Shown here piece by piece: positions 8,986-18,136 of a DNA stretch of 64,000 bases. A program made the translations under genes and the position numbers. Numbering within the stretch: position 1 is the stretch's first letter; each line of letters opens with the position of its first letter. The notes beneath the pieces are model-generated. The model made no database searches. It saw only the letters and a list, made by a program, of their open reading frames with translations, and was not told the origin of the DNA. Source of the stretch: Myxococcales bacterium (GTDB lineage Bacteria; Myxococcota; UBA727; VGSZ01); assembly GCA_023248635.1 (NCBI GenBank), contig JAHFED010000014.1, positions 8,419 through 72,418 of the forward strand. Reading direction: 5' to 3'.

Positions 8986-10448
8986 ACGTCGTCGTCCTTG
9001 CCGCTTGGCTCGTCGGCGCCGGCCCGCCTGCTGTGGCCACGGGCCCAGAGCCCGTGCGCACGGTGCAGCCGCCCCCGGCTCCCGAGCGCCCCTTTGTCGT
9101 GCCGGCGATCCAGACCGGTGCGGTGCCCGGCACCAAGCTCGACGTCGTGCTCGTCGAAGACCACAGCCTCCCCGCCGTGCAGTTGCGGCTGGTGTTTCCG
9201 ACGGGAAGCATCGGCGATCCAGGCGACAAGACTGGGCTCTCGGGGCTGTGCGCGCGCCTGGTGAACGAAGGCACCGCGCGCCTCGACAAGGTCGCCTTCG
9301 AAGGAGCACTGGCCGATCTGGCCGCCTCTGTCGACGTCGGTGCCGGCGTCGAGCAGTCCTACCTTTCGTTGCATTCGCTCAAGGAGACTTGGTTGCCCAC
9401 CCTCGATCTCGCCGTCGAGCTCGTCGCCAATCCGGGTTTGCGTGAGGACGATCTGCAGCGGGTGCGCGCGCGTTCCCTGGCCCAACTCCAACAGCAGAGG
9501 GGATCGGCCGCCGGCATCGCCCAACGCCTGCAGGGTCGCTTGACCTGGGGCAGCACTCATCCTTTGGGGGCCCTGGTGACCGAGGCCTCGCTGAGCGCGA
9601 TCGGCACCAAAGACTGCGCTGCGGTGATGGCGGGTTGGCGCCCCGATGGAGCCCGCGTCTTCGTCGCCGGCGACGTCAGCATGGCCGAGGTCACCGCCGC
9701 CTTGGCGAAACGCATCGAGCGCTTTCATTGGCGCGGTCAGACGACGAAGGCACCGTCGGTCCCGGCCGCGCTCTTTGATCCCTTGCTCGACGGAGCCACC
9801 GTGACCCTCGTCGACGTGCCCGGCGCCGAACAGTCCGTCGTCGTCGTCGCCGGCCTGGGACCTGCTCGTCAGGCCAGCGATCACGAGGCCACCGAGGTGA
9901 TGACGGCGATCTTGGGAGGCAGTTTCTCGTCGAGAATCAACATGAACTTGCGCGAAAAGAACGGTTACACCTACGGCGCCCGCGCCGGCATGAGCTACCT
10001 GAAGAAACGCGGATCGTTCACGACGTCGACGTCCGTACGCACCGATGTGACAGGCAAGGCTCTGCAGGAGATCAGCAACGAGCTCCAGGCGCTGCGCACC
10101 GGGCCCGTGAGCGACATCGAGGTGGCCCGCGAGCGCGATGGCAGCCTGCTCGCCTTTCCCGCCTCCTTTTCCACCTCGAGCGCGACCCTCGACAGCTGGA
10201 GCTCCCTCTTCTTCTACGACCTGCCCAAGGACACGCTGAAGAAGACTCCCGCGCGCTTGAAGGCCTTGACCAAGGCCGACGTCGAACGCGCCGCCCGCGG
10301 GCACGTGCCCAAGAGCTTCCGCCTCCTCGTCGTTGGCGACGCCAGCCGCATCCGCGCCGAAGTCGCCGCCCACGCTGCCGCCGGCACCTTCGGCAAGCCC
10401 GGCCCCGTCGTCGTCGTCGACGCTGACGGCCAGCCCCGCCTGCCCTGA
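8982..10448 (+). CDS. M16 family peptidase, second (probably non-catalytic) subunit
   Basis: ATGA overlap with the upstream M16 gene. Signal 'MNVVVLAAWLVGAGPPAVA'. The M16 fold motif region lacks HxxEH. Confidence 0.75.
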   Translation: MNVVVLAAWLVGAGPPAVATGPEPVRTVQPPPAPERPFVVPAIQTGAVPGTKLDVVLVEDHSLPAVQLRLVFPTGSIGDPGDKTGLSGLCARLVNEGTARLDKVAFEGALADLAASVDVGAGVEQSYLSLHSLKETWLPTLDLAVELVANPGLREDDLQRVRARSLAQLQQQRGSAAGIAQRLQGRLTWGSTHPLGALVTEASLSAIGTKDCAAVMAGWRPDGARVFVAGDVSMAEVTAALAKRIERFHWRGQTTKAPSVPAALFDPLLDGATVTLVDVPGAEQSVVVVAGLGPARQASDHEATEVMTAILGGSFSSRINMNLREKNGYTYGARAGMSYLKKRGSFTTSTSVRTDVTGKALQEISNELQALRTGPVSDIEVARERDGSLLAFPASFSTSSATLDSWSSLFFYDLPKDTLKKTPARLKALTKADVERAARGHVPKSFRLLVVGDASRIRAEVAAHAAAGTFGKPGPVVVVDADGQPRLP

Positions 10449-10605
10449 TCCTCTGGGAGGTCTGGTGCAGACCTCCCAGAGCGCCGGCAGAGCCGGACGC
10501 GGGCCCCCCCACCAACTCCGCGTTCCGCGGGCGCGCTTCACGCGCACCATCCCGCATCTTTCCCATCTCGGAACGCGGTCGAACATCAAGCGGACGCGGG
10601 ATCAG
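10447..10605 (+). repeat. Repeat B copy 1 (MITE-like structured element, 5'-truncated form)
   Basis: It begins TGATCC at the M16B stop codon, contains the GGAGGTCTG-gtg-CAGACCTCC hairpin, and ends GGGATCAG. Confidence 0.8.
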
Positions 10606-10625
10606 CTGCCCGCGCTGAGGGCAGA

Positions 10626-10750
10626 GAATTCATCGCCGCCAGGCGATGAACCTGTAGACAATTCACCGACACGCGAAGCGCTGTCGGTGAATTCATCCAC
10701 ACGCGAAGCGCTGTCGGTGATTCACGACAGCGCGGGTGTCGGTGAATTCA
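10626..10750 (+). repeat. Repeat C copy 1 (two-hairpin element, with the second hairpin duplicated)
   Basis: TTCATCGCC-gccag-GCGATGAA and GAATTCACCGACA-cgcgaagcgc-TGTCGGTGAATTC. Confidence 0.75.
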
Positions 10751-11551
10751 TGGGGCCCCTGCGAACCTGGCGAGCTCGGCATTGAACGCCACCATCTTTC
10801 GCTCGAGATAGGCAAGCGCGGCGTCGGAGCGCGCGAGCGTTCCTGCCCGGGCCATGAGCTCGAGCTCGTGGGCTGCGGACATCATCTCTTCAGCACCAAA
10901 GACGCTGGCGGAGCCTCTGAGGCTGTGGGCCACGTGTTCCAATGTCTTGGCCTCGCGCAGCGCGACGGCTCGTCGCAGATCGATCATTTTCCTCGGCGCT
11001 TCGTCTAGAAAAAGGCGCGCGACTTCCGCCAAGAGCTGTCGATCCCCATCCACCCTCTGCAGAGCCTCATCCCAGTCAATCGACAGACCCTCGTCGACGT
11101 TGGCGGGCTGCGCCGCGAGCTCAGGCAGCACGCGCTCGAAGGCGTCGAGCAGCTCGTTCAAGGCGAGCGGCTTGGTAACGTAGGCGTCCATTCCCGCGTC
11201 GATACAGCGCTCGCGATCGCCCTTCATCGCCGACGCCGTCAGCGCGATGATGGGCGTGTGCATGCCAGTCGCCGCATCGAGGGCGCGAAGGGCAGCGGTG
11301 GCCTCGAAGCCATCCATCTCGGGCATTTGCACATCGAGCAGCACCAGGTCGAAGGCTCCGGCGCGATAGGCGGCCACAGCTTCCTTGCCATTGTTGACGA
11401 CGTCGACGGAGCTGTGACCTTGGTTGCGCAGCAGCGCTACGGCCAGCTTCTGATTGACGATGTTGTCCTCGGCCAAGAGGATGCGCAGCGCGCGATGGCC
11501 CCGCGTTTTTCCGGGCGACGGGCGGCGCACCGTTGGAGCTCCGGTTTGCAC
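10748..11551 (-). CDS. Response regulator with a C-terminal Hpt domain
   Basis: 'RILLAEDNIVNQKLAVALLR...FDLVLLDVQMPEMDGFEATAALR...TPIIALTASAMKGDRERCIDAGMDAYVTKP' (REC domain). C-terminal 'HSLRGSASVFGAEEM' (Hpt domain). Start is a GTG. Confidence 0.7.
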   Translation of the reverse strand: MQTGAPTVRRPSPGKTRGHRALRILLAEDNIVNQKLAVALLRNQGHSSVDVVNNGKEAVAAYRAGAFDLVLLDVQMPEMDGFEATAALRALDAATGMHTPIIALTASAMKGDRERCIDAGMDAYVTKPLALNELLDAFERVLPELAAQPANVDEGLSIDWDEALQRVDGDRQLLAEVARLFLDEAPRKMIDLRRAVALREAKTLEHVAHSLRGSASVFGAEEMMSAAHELELMARAGTLARSDAALAYLERKMVAFNAELARFAGAP

Positions 11552-11824
11552 CGCGGCACAGACGGCTCCGAAGAGGTCGGACTCTGATTTCGACGGCGAC
11601 GCGAATGGACTTCAACCTCCGGCCGCCGGCGGCTTCGTGCATGAGCTTCTCGAGCTCTCGCAGGACCTCGCCGATGTGCTCGCCTTCGATCTCGACGTCC
11701 GTGATGTCCTGACGTGCTGGCATCTCCAGGACTCCTCCAATCTGCAAACACCATCGGCCATGGCACTGTGACCTGGATACCTGCCCAAACGGACAGGTTG
11801 GCCAGGGCGCATGGTGTGACGACG

Positions 11825-11995
11825 TCAGGTGAAGACGCGGAGCAGCTCCATGCGCGAGTCGGCGCCGAGCTTCTGCAGCAGATTGGCCTGGTGAAACTTG
11901 GCGGTCCGTTCCGTGATGCCGAGAGCGGTGCCGACCTCCTGCAGCCTGCGACCCAAGCCGATGATCTCGAGAATGGAGACCGAGACCGACGTCAT
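11825..11995 (-). CDS. Small LuxR/GerE-type HTH protein (56 aa)
   Basis: The ATG at 11995 and TGA at 11825 were hand-translated: 'MTSVSVSILEIIGLGRRLQEVGTALGITERTAKFHQANLLQKLGADSRMELLRVFT'. This ORF is absent from the track. Confidence 0.5.
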   Translation of the reverse strand: MTSVSVSILEIIGLGRRLQEVGTALGITERTAKFHQANLLQKLGADSRMELLRVFT

Positions 11996-12052
11996 CCTGG
12001 TCGAACTCGCCGTCGACGACGCGCCCCAGTCCCGCCAGTAGCAGGCCCGACC

Positions 12053-12553
12053 TCAAGCCTGCGACGACGTGTTCGCCTGCCAGATGCCATGGGTCCAAAA
12101 CGCCGCATACACCGACCAGAATCCATATACTGCGGCGAGCGCTGCAGCCGTGGCATCAAACGAAAGCAATACAGTGACTAACGCCGTAATCACCGCTGTG
12201 TAACCCATACTCTGATACACGGCCAGTTTGAATCTGTTCAGCTTCAAGAGCAGCGCATTCCACAGAATGTTCGAGATCATGATGACGGCGAGCAGGCCCA
12301 CCGCGGCGCTCCAGGCTTCGACGTGCTCGGTGCGCGCAGTGCTGACCATCAAGCGGTAGCCGAGCACCAACAGGAGCAGGGCATAGTAGACGCCAGCGAT
12401 GGCCAGCAGCCATACCGGCGCGGCAAATCTCGGCTGGCGCAGCTGGGGCCAACGGGTCTTCATGGCATCACCAACGCTCAGCGCTTCGACGACGTGTGCG
12501 ACGACGACCATCGAGAGAGCCCAGCCGAGACAAGGCCAATTGAGGTTGGGCAT
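12053..12553 (-). CDS. tspO: TspO/MBR (tryptophan-rich sensory protein) family membrane protein
   Basis: A Trp-rich membrane protein of about 166 aa with five TM segments: 'NILWNALLLKLNRF...VYGFWSVYAAFWTHGIW'. Confidence 0.55.
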   Translation of the reverse strand: MPNLNWPCLGWALSMVVVAHVVEALSVGDAMKTRWPQLRQPRFAAPVWLLAIAGVYYALLLLVLGYRLMVSTARTEHVEAWSAAVGLLAVIMISNILWNALLLKLNRFKLAVYQSMGYTAVITALVTVLLSFDATAAALAAVYGFWSVYAAFWTHGIWQANTSSQA

Positions 12554-12687
12554 CAGACCTTATCGTTGTGTATAAATTCCGCATTGTTCATGGCATATAA
12601 ACATCCGCACTTCATCCGCGTGTGGCGGGTTTTATATGCATCCGGTCCTGCCAATCGAAGCCGTCGATTGCGGGAACGATTGCCTCC
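12554..12687 (-). promoter_or_regulatory. AT-rich putative promoter region upstream of tspO
   Basis: 'TGTGTATAAATTCCGCATTGTTCATGGCATATAAACATCC...TTTTATATGCAT' in an otherwise 70% GC context. Confidence 0.3.
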
Positions 12688-13179
12688 TCAGCGCGCACGG
12701 GCGGCCAGGCGATCGGCACGGCGCCGCTCGGCATCAGAGTGTCGACGACGGTCTTCATCGCTGAGCAGCAGCAGCGGCGGAACGGCTTTGGGTCGGCCGG
12801 CGTCGTCGAGGGCGACGAAGGTGGCGTAGGCCTTCATGGTTTTCTTGATCTCGCCGGTGAGCGGGTTCTCGCTCCAGATGCTGACGCCGCACTCCATCGA
12901 GGTCTTGAAGGTCGCGTTGACCTGCCCCCGCAGGATCACGATGTGCCCGAGCTTGATGGGCAAGAGGAACTGCACAGCGTCGATGGCGGCGGTGACGACG
13001 ACGGATCGGCAGTGTCGCTGAGCGGCGATGGCCGCACAGATGTCGATCCACGAGACCACTTGGCCGCCGAAGACGTTGCCGAGGGAGTTGGCAAACTCGG
13101 GCAAGACGTGGTGGGTCATCTCGACGTGCGAACGCGCCACCGAAAAGAGCGGCGCGTCGGTCAACAGCTCGGTGCTCAT
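12688..13179 (-). CDS. Acyl-CoA thioesterase (hotdog fold, YciA-like)
   Basis: 'VLPEFANSLGNVFGGQVVSWIDICAAIAAQRH'. Confidence 0.7.
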   Translation of the reverse strand: MSTELLTDAPLFSVARSHVEMTHHVLPEFANSLGNVFGGQVVSWIDICAAIAAQRHCRSVVVTAAIDAVQFLLPIKLGHIVILRGQVNATFKTSMECGVSIWSENPLTGEIKKTMKAYATFVALDDAGRPKAVPPLLLLSDEDRRRHSDAERRRADRLAARAR

Positions 13180-13200
13180 AGGCCCCCTGTCAGCCTCCGA

Positions 13201-14352
13201 TCACTTCGGCGGGAAGGGCGGCGGTCCACCACCGGGCAGTGGAGGAGGTCCGGCCGGCGCGAAGAACTGAGCCAAAGCAGGAATGGTCGCTGCCGCCGTC
13301 CAGGCTGCTTGACCATTGGTCCAGGCCAAGGTGTCGGGCTTGATCTGACCCATGGTCACGAACTGCTTGACGACGTCCATCGCCAGCGGTCCGACGTTTT
13401 GGCCGTTGATGCCGAAGTACCACTGCGCTGCCGTCGGCATCGGGGGTGGGGCCACCATCGCCGGCTGCTGTTGGGCCTGGTTCATCATTTGGCCGGCCAT
13501 CGCCAGTCCCATGCCCATGTTCATGCCCGCGCCGGCGCCGCTGCCAGCGTTGCCCATGGCGTTGCCCATTTGCAGCTGTTGGTAGGCGCCCAGGTTCGGC
13601 GCCGGTCCCAGGCTCGCGCTGCCCAGAGCACCCATCGCCGAACGCTGATCCATTGCCTTCTGAACGCTCTCAGGAACGTTGATGTTCACGATCTGTACGG
13701 ACACCAAGCTGAGACCGTATTCGTCGTCGATCTGGGTCTTGACCTTCTCTTTGATTTCATCGGCGATTTTGCCGTAGCTCGCCAGCAGGTCGAGGGCGGG
13801 AATCTTGGCGGCGCCGATGACTTCGGCGACGGCCTGCTGCATGAGGCTGCGCATGACCTGGGCGAGCTCCTCGGTGTCGAAGACGCCGTCGGTGCCGACC
13901 AGCTCCTTCATCAGCGCCTTGCAGTCGACGCAGCGGATCGAATAGGTGCCGAAGGCGCCAACGCGGATCACCCCGAAGTCGGCGTCGCGCATCATCAGGG
14001 GCTGGGGCGTGCCCCACTTCATCGCCGGAATCACCTTCGTCGAGACGAAGTAGACCTCGGATTTAAAGGGAGAGTTGAAGCCGTGCTTCCAACCTTTCAG
14101 TGTCGAAAGAATCGGGATGTTCGCGGTCGTGAGCTCGTACATGCCTTCGGTGAAGACGTCGGCGATCTTGCCCTGGTCGACGAAGACAGCGGACTGGCCG
14201 GGGCGGACGGTGAGGCGCGCGCCGTTCTTGATCTCGTTTTGCCAGCGCGGGAAGCGCCACACGAGGGTGGAGCCGTTGGTGTCGTCCATCCATTCGATGA
14301 TGTCGACGAGCTCCGCCTTCATCTTGTCGCCCAACTTGTCGAAGAACCCCAT
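13201..14352 (-). CDS. SPFH/band-7 domain protein with a C-terminal GYF-like DUF4339 domain
   Basis: The N-terminal region resembles SPFH proteins. C-terminal 'WYFGINGQNVGPLAMDVVKQFVTMGQIKPDTLAWTNGQAAW'. Confidence 0.65.
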   Translation of the reverse strand: MGFFDKLGDKMKAELVDIIEWMDDTNGSTLVWRFPRWQNEIKNGARLTVRPGQSAVFVDQGKIADVFTEGMYELTTANIPILSTLKGWKHGFNSPFKSEVYFVSTKVIPAMKWGTPQPLMMRDADFGVIRVGAFGTYSIRCVDCKALMKELVGTDGVFDTEELAQVMRSLMQQAVAEVIGAAKIPALDLLASYGKIADEIKEKVKTQIDDEYGLSLVSVQIVNINVPESVQKAMDQRSAMGALGSASLGPAPNLGAYQQLQMGNAMGNAGSGAGAGMNMGMGLAMAGQMMNQAQQQPAMVAPPPMPTAAQWYFGINGQNVGPLAMDVVKQFVTMGQIKPDTLAWTNGQAAWTAAATIPALAQFFAPAGPPPLPGGGPPPFPPK

Positions 14353-14475
14353 CGCATACCTCCGCCCAGCCGACGCAGCTGTTGCAGGCCAGCATTAGCA
14401 GGGAACCCGGGGCCCGTGGGCGGCGTCTCAGGGTTCGACGCTGCTGTCGACGTCGAGCTTGGGTGCGGCAGTCGC

Positions 14476-16446
14476 TCAGGATCGTTGGAGGATGCGACGG
14501 CGGGCGGCCTCGGCGGCGGCGGCGTCGAGGCGCCCGGTGGCTTTGGCCTCGTCGATGGCGCGCAGGCGGGCGGCCACCGGTCGGTTGACATCGTCGACGA
14601 AGGCGCTGGGATCCTTGGCGACGACGACGTCGGCCGCAGATCCAGCGGGGCGCACGCGGGTGCGGGGCGCGGGGCGCGGGGCGTCCGGCGCACTCGGTGC
14701 GCGCACCGGGGGAGTCGGCGGCTCGCTGGCGGGCGGAGGTGCGGGGCCCGCCAAGAGCACCTGGGCCCGGGCCTTGACCTCTTGGTCGGGGTCGCCGTCG
14801 GCGACCGCTTGCAGGGCCGCGCGGGCCAGGGGGGTGGCGTGGCGGTGCAGGGCATCTAGCACGAGCAACGACACGCCGCGCTCGCCCCGATCGAGCACGT
14901 CTTCGAGGCGGGTGACGGCGTCGGCGAAGCCGGGCTCCAGGAAGCGGGCGACGAAGCTGGCGGCGACCAGGCGGGTGTCGGGCGAAGGATCGGCGGTGCG
15001 ATCGAGCACGTCTTCGATGACCCACAGCGGCGGCGGATCGTCCTCGCTGTAGCAGCGATCGAGCACGCAGATCGCCAAGCGACGTTGGGAGGCCGTGACC
15101 CCAAAGACCAGCGGACGCACGCGGTGACGGATGCGCACCTTGAGAGCGACCTGCGTGACCTCGATGCGCGAAAGGGCGATCAAGATGGCCTCTTGGCCCT
15201 CGGGAGGCGGGCGCGGTACCGCCGTCAACGTCGCCAGCAGGGGCGCCACCAGGTCTTCGTGGTCTTCGCGCACCGACTCCGAGACGGCGATGGCGGCGGC
15301 CTTGCGCACTTCTTCGTGGGGATCCGAAGCCAGCAACAGCGTCGCCGCGCGGGCGCCGACTCGATCGGCCAGGCGTCCCAAGCACACCACCGCCCCTGCG
15401 CGCACGAAGGGATCGGGGCTGCGCAAGAGGGGGAGCAGGGGTTGAGCGACGCCTTCTTCGGTGCCGGTCAAGCAGTTCGCGAGGGCTTTGAGCGCCACGG
15501 CCTGCACGTCGCGCTCGGCGGAGGTGCGGGCTTCGCTCGTCGCCACCATCAACAACGCCGACGCCGCCTCGGTGGCCTGCAGCTGGGCCAGGGCCAGGCA
15601 GATGCCCATGCGCGCGGGCACATCCGAGCCCACGCGCTCGACGAGCAAAGGCACCATCTCCTGGCCGCGGGCGACGACGTCCTCGATGGCCTTAGCTCTC
15701 TCCCCCCAGCGCGGGTCGCGCAGGCGTTGCATCAGAGCTTCTTTGGGATCCAAGGGTGCCGGAGCAGCGGGCGCCTGCTGCTTCACCATCGCTTCGAAAT
15801 CGAAAGCCAGAGCACCTTCGGGCAGGCCCACAGCAGGCGCCGCCGACGACGACAGGAGCGCTGCGAAGTCCACGGCCATGGCACCCGCGGGCAGCCCGTC
15901 GGCGCCAGCCCCAGCCGGGCTCGACGTCGTCGCTGACGATTGGGCCAAGGGCCGGCGGCTGCGCAACTCGATGAGGGCCGCACGGGCGCGGCGTTTCACT
16001 TCGTCGTCGTCGTCAACGGCGGCCATGATCATCAGGCGCTCGTCGCAGCCTTCGTCACCGATGTGGCGCAACACCGGGATCACAGCCGCCCGCGTGGCTG
16101 CCACGAGCTCCGCCGACAAGGTCAAAGCGTGACGTCGCAGCCGGCTGTCTTTGGCGTGGCGGTCTTCGACGAGATCACCCAGGGCCCGCGCGATGGCCCC
16201 GCGCTCGTCGTAGCCCAGGGTGCCGCGGTCGAGCAGATCGAGCAGCACCGGCACGCCCTCTTTGGCTTCGAAGGCGGCCAGCAGCAGCACCATGCGCGCC
16301 ATCGCCTTCGACGCCATCGGGCCCTTGAGCGCAGCGACCAGCGCGTGGACGGCGGCGCGTTTGTCGCCCATCAAGGCCGCCAAGGCCCGATCGCGCTCGG
16401 CTTCGTCGTCGTGGGAGAGCTTTTGGACGGCTTCGGTGACGTTCAT
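14476..16446 (-). CDS. HEAT-repeat protein
   Basis: ATG at 16446 (MNVTEAVQKL...). Repeated 'AR/VRxxAAxALG' HEAT-like units throughout. Confidence 0.55.
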   Translation of the reverse strand: MNVTEAVQKLSHDDEAERDRALAALMGDKRAAVHALVAALKGPMASKAMARMVLLLAAFEAKEGVPVLLDLLDRGTLGYDERGAIARALGDLVEDRHAKDSRLRRHALTLSAELVAATRAAVIPVLRHIGDEGCDERLMIMAAVDDDDEVKRRARAALIELRSRRPLAQSSATTSSPAGAGADGLPAGAMAVDFAALLSSSAAPAVGLPEGALAFDFEAMVKQQAPAAPAPLDPKEALMQRLRDPRWGERAKAIEDVVARGQEMVPLLVERVGSDVPARMGICLALAQLQATEAASALLMVATSEARTSAERDVQAVALKALANCLTGTEEGVAQPLLPLLRSPDPFVRAGAVVCLGRLADRVGARAATLLLASDPHEEVRKAAAIAVSESVREDHEDLVAPLLATLTAVPRPPPEGQEAILIALSRIEVTQVALKVRIRHRVRPLVFGVTASQRRLAICVLDRCYSEDDPPPLWVIEDVLDRTADPSPDTRLVAASFVARFLEPGFADAVTRLEDVLDRGERGVSLLVLDALHRHATPLARAALQAVADGDPDQEVKARAQVLLAGPAPPPASEPPTPPVRAPSAPDAPRPAPRTRVRPAGSAADVVVAKDPSAFVDDVNRPVAARLRAIDEAKATGRLDAAAAEAARRRILQRS

Positions 16447-16526
16447 GTCTTCGGCAGCATCCAGACAAGGGAGGCTTGAGCGCAAGCGGTGTTTCTCTCC
16501 TTCGAACGGACCCCTACACTGGTCCG

Positions 16527-16916
16527 ATGGCGATCCTCGACAAGCTGGCGGGACTGGGCGGCGCGGTGAAGAGCACCTTCGATCGCACCTTCGGCGAGGC
16601 CACCAAAGTCGACGACGACGACGACGTTGCTGCGCTGCCGGTGGGCCTCGATCTGGCGCAGGCCTGGGGGGTGCTCGGGCTGACGGCCTCGGCCACCCTC
16701 GACGACGTCCGCGCCGCCTCCCGCACCCTCGCCCGCCTGCACCACCCGGGATCGGTGCGCAAAGACGCCGCCGCCGCCGTCGCCCTGGCCCGGGTGGCCG
16801 AGGCGTCGGCGCTGCTCGAAGAGCATTTGCTGCCCCTGGTGCCCTCCAAGGTCCCTGGTCCCGCTGCCGCATTGACGTCGAAGCGCACCCGGGCCACGGC
16901 CCGCACCCCACGCTGA
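16527..16916 (+). CDS. Small J-domain-like protein with HPD degenerated to HPG
   Basis: 'LDLAQAWGVLGLTASATLDDVRAASRTLARLHHPG'. It is divergent from the HEAT gene. Confidence 0.35.
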   Translation: MAILDKLAGLGGAVKSTFDRTFGEATKVDDDDDVAALPVGLDLAQAWGVLGLTASATLDDVRAASRTLARLHHPGSVRKDAAAAVALARVAEASALLEEHLLPLVPSKVPGPAAALTSKRTRATARTPR

Positions 16917-17050
16917 CTCATCCGGGAAGATCTCGCGATTTCGGGGCGTCACGCGAGCGCAGCGCAGCCGAAGAATTGGGCCCGCAAGCGCAGACATATG
17001 CCCGAGCCGGGTGAAGCAGTTGGCGCAGCCGAAAATCAGCCGGATTCGGA

Positions 17051-17270
17051 ATCATCCCCGATCTCTCTGAACTTCGACCGCGGAGCGGTCTCGTTCAGAG
17101 CCGTCGGGGATGCTCTTCTGGGAGGTCTGGTACAGACCTCCCCCCGCGCCGGCGGAGCCGGACGCGGGGCCCCCCACCAACTCCGCGTTCCGCGGGCGCG
17201 CTCCACGCGCATCATCCCGCGTCTTTCCCATCTCAGAACGTGGTCGAACATCAATCGGACGCGGGATCAG
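17051..17270 (+). repeat. Repeat B copy 2 (full length)
   Basis: TGATCCCCGATCTC...GGAGGTCTGgtaCAGACCTCC...GGGATCAG. The PEBP stop codon lies in the terminal GATCA. Confidence 0.85.
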
Positions 17271-17746
17271 GTGCGTCGGGCCTCATCGCGTGAGCTGAGC
17301 TGCAGCTCATAGGTCCCCACCAATTGCGCCCCGCCCAGCACATGACCGCGCATGGCGAGCTCGAGCTGGGGCTTGGTCGGCGCCCCGATGTCGGGCAGCT
17401 GGGTGTCGAGGGCGAAGAGGGTGAACACGTAACGATGACGGCCCTTGGGCGGACAGGGTCCACTCCAGCCCACGCTGTTCCAACTGTTGGTTCCCTGCCG
17501 AGCACCGGTGGGCAGCGGCCCCGTCAAACCCTGTGGCAACGTCGTCGTCGTCGGTGGCAGGTTGTAGACGATCCAGTGCACCCACGAGCCATCTTGGGCA
17601 TCGAGGTCGTCGACGATGAGCGCCAGGCTTTTGACCCCGCTGATGTCGACGTCGATGAGCAGGGGCGGCGAGACGTTGCCGCCTTCGCAAGTGAAGCGTT
17701 GGGGAATCTCGCCCTGAGAGCGAAAAGCCGGTGAGGTGATGCGCAT
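17267..17746 (-). CDS. YbhB/YbcL family PEBP (Raf-kinase-inhibitor-like) protein
   Basis: ATG at 17746. 'MRITSPAFRSQGEIPQRFTCEGGNVSPPL...DGSWVHWIVYNLP...GWSGPCPPKGRHRYVFTLFALD'. Confidence 0.75.
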   Translation of the reverse strand: MRITSPAFRSQGEIPQRFTCEGGNVSPPLLIDVDISGVKSLALIVDDLDAQDGSWVHWIVYNLPPTTTTLPQGLTGPLPTGARQGTNSWNSVGWSGPCPPKGRHRYVFTLFALDTQLPDIGAPTKPQLELAMRGHVLGGAQLVGTYELQLSSRDEARRT

Positions 17747-17823
17747 GGCGAGCTCCTTTGTCGTCGGTGCTGGGGGCAACGAGAGAGACCCATCGAGACG
17801 CGCCAACGTGTCGAAGTTGATGG

Positions 17824-17949
17824 TTCAAGACGCTGACGCGTCTTGAAGTTCTGTTGGTTCAAGACGCTGGCGCGTCTTGAAGTTCTGCTGGTTCAAGACG
17901 CTGGCGCGTCTTGAAGTTCTCCTGGTTCAAGACGCTGGCGCGTCTTGAA
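17824..17949. repeat. Tandem array of four repeat A palindromes (34-bp period)
   Basis: 4x TTCAAGACGCTG(G/A)CGCGTCTTGAA separated by GTTCTGNTGG. Confidence 0.85.
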
Positions 17950-18136
17950 CATTCATCCCTCTTGTCAGCAAGCCGCCTGCCACCCGCATTCCTGGGGCGC
18001 CTCGGGTGGCTTCGGCTGACGCGCTCTTGGCGGTCCCGCCGCGATCTCGTGGCGGTCTTCAGCAAGGCGTCGACGACCTCGCCATGTTCAACCCCGGGCG
18101 CGACGGCGGTGAAGGCGACGACGTAGAACGTGCTCG

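Noticed and set aside
12622-14859. 745-aa plus-strand ORF, and similar very long ORFs at 19580-21484 (+), 31647-33773 (+), 40740-42524 (+), 41392-44130 (-), 46997-49387 (+), 58777-61026 (+), 8772-10589 (-) and 18681-20555 (-)
   Set aside because: They are antisense to, or out of frame with, genes that have clear domain signatures. Their composition is Arg/Ala/Gly/Pro-rich, which is typical of spurious frames in 70% GC DNA, and they have no recognisable motifs.
16917-17050. Short hairpin CTCGCG-N14-CGCGAG after the J-like gene as a terminator
   Set aside because: There is no U-tract and the stem is weak. It is immediately followed by repeat B, which is the more likely 3' structure.
17036-17254. 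Recurrent small 'proteins' such as MMFDRVPRWERRGMMRV... and GGLVQTSPRAGGAGRGAPHQLRVPRAR... at seven loci
   Set aside because: They are translations of repeat family B in different orientations. They are not a conserved protein family.
17824-17949. Possible CRISPR array (regular short repeats)
   Set aside because: The spacers are a constant 10 bp (GTTCTGNTGG), not unique 30-40 bp sequences. No cas genes are present. It is a tandem palindromic repeat, not a CRISPR.
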